DNA from: Polymyxa betae A26-41 | Taxonomy: Eukaryota > Protista > Endomyxa: Phytomyxea | DNA: 64,000 bases | Assembly: GCA_003693705.1 (NCBI GenBank) | Contig: RBZT01000633.1 | Location: 207,280 to 271,279, forward strand | Direction of reading: 5' to 3' | In this document: one piece after another, positions 63,956 through 64,000 of the stretch | How positions within the stretch are numbered: position 1 is the stretch's first letter | Layout of the letters: each line of letters begins with the position of its first letter | Made by a program: the position numbers and the translations under genes | Notes under the pieces: model-generated | Told to the model about the DNA's origin: nothing | Database searches by the model: none | Seen by the model: only the letters and a program-made list of their open reading frames with translations

Positions 63956-64000
63956 TGATTTGACAGTTGCTGTTCCGAGAGGTCCGGCTAATTTGAGATC

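Noticed and set aside
1-64000. CRISPR arrays, tRNA/rRNA genes, intact transposase or reverse transcriptase, viral genes
   Set aside because: None seen by eye; tRNAscan-SE, Infernal and a repeat search would be needed to exclude small or divergent cases

Overview
A gene-dense window from a compact eukaryotic (protist-like) nuclear genome. Most genes have many short GT-AG introns of about 45-60 nt, so the ORF track shows only exon fragments. The organism builds a motile axoneme (RSPH9) and has a membrane H+-pyrophosphatase. That fits a zoosporic non-animal microbial eukaryote such as a phytomyxid, but the taxon cannot be established from this window. Recognisable genes, in order: RPL10, V-ATPase subunit H, an ALKBH9/ALKBH5-like dioxygenase, an ER-type DnaJ, eIF6, a Myb/SANT-like protein, RSPH9, a DEAD-box helicase, a DH-PH RhoGEF, HAUS6, NAA35/MAK10, orphan membrane-anchored ORFs, a two-repeat Myb protein, a PstS-fold/Cys-rich/multi-TM receptor-like protein, a CBS protein, U6 snRNA, MEMO1, a second DH-PH RhoGEF, a C2H2 pseudogene, NOP58, a K+-independent H+-PPase, cytochrome b5, a TPR protein, SUMO, a patatin TAG lipase, a CAMK-like kinase, a C2CD6/CatSper-tau-like C2 protein, a secreted acidic protein, a Mep/Amt ammonium transporter and a repeat-rich transposon-like end region. 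Most notable: (1) an apparent homolog of the sperm CatSper subunit C2CD6 hidden across short exons; (2) an identical 17-bp motif upstream of RPL10 and eIF6, with a palindromic variant upstream of NOP58, a candidate ribosome-biogenesis regulon element; (3) the PstS-headed receptor; (4) a fungal/chytrid-looking Mep transporter. All family assignments are from motif recognition, not database searches.
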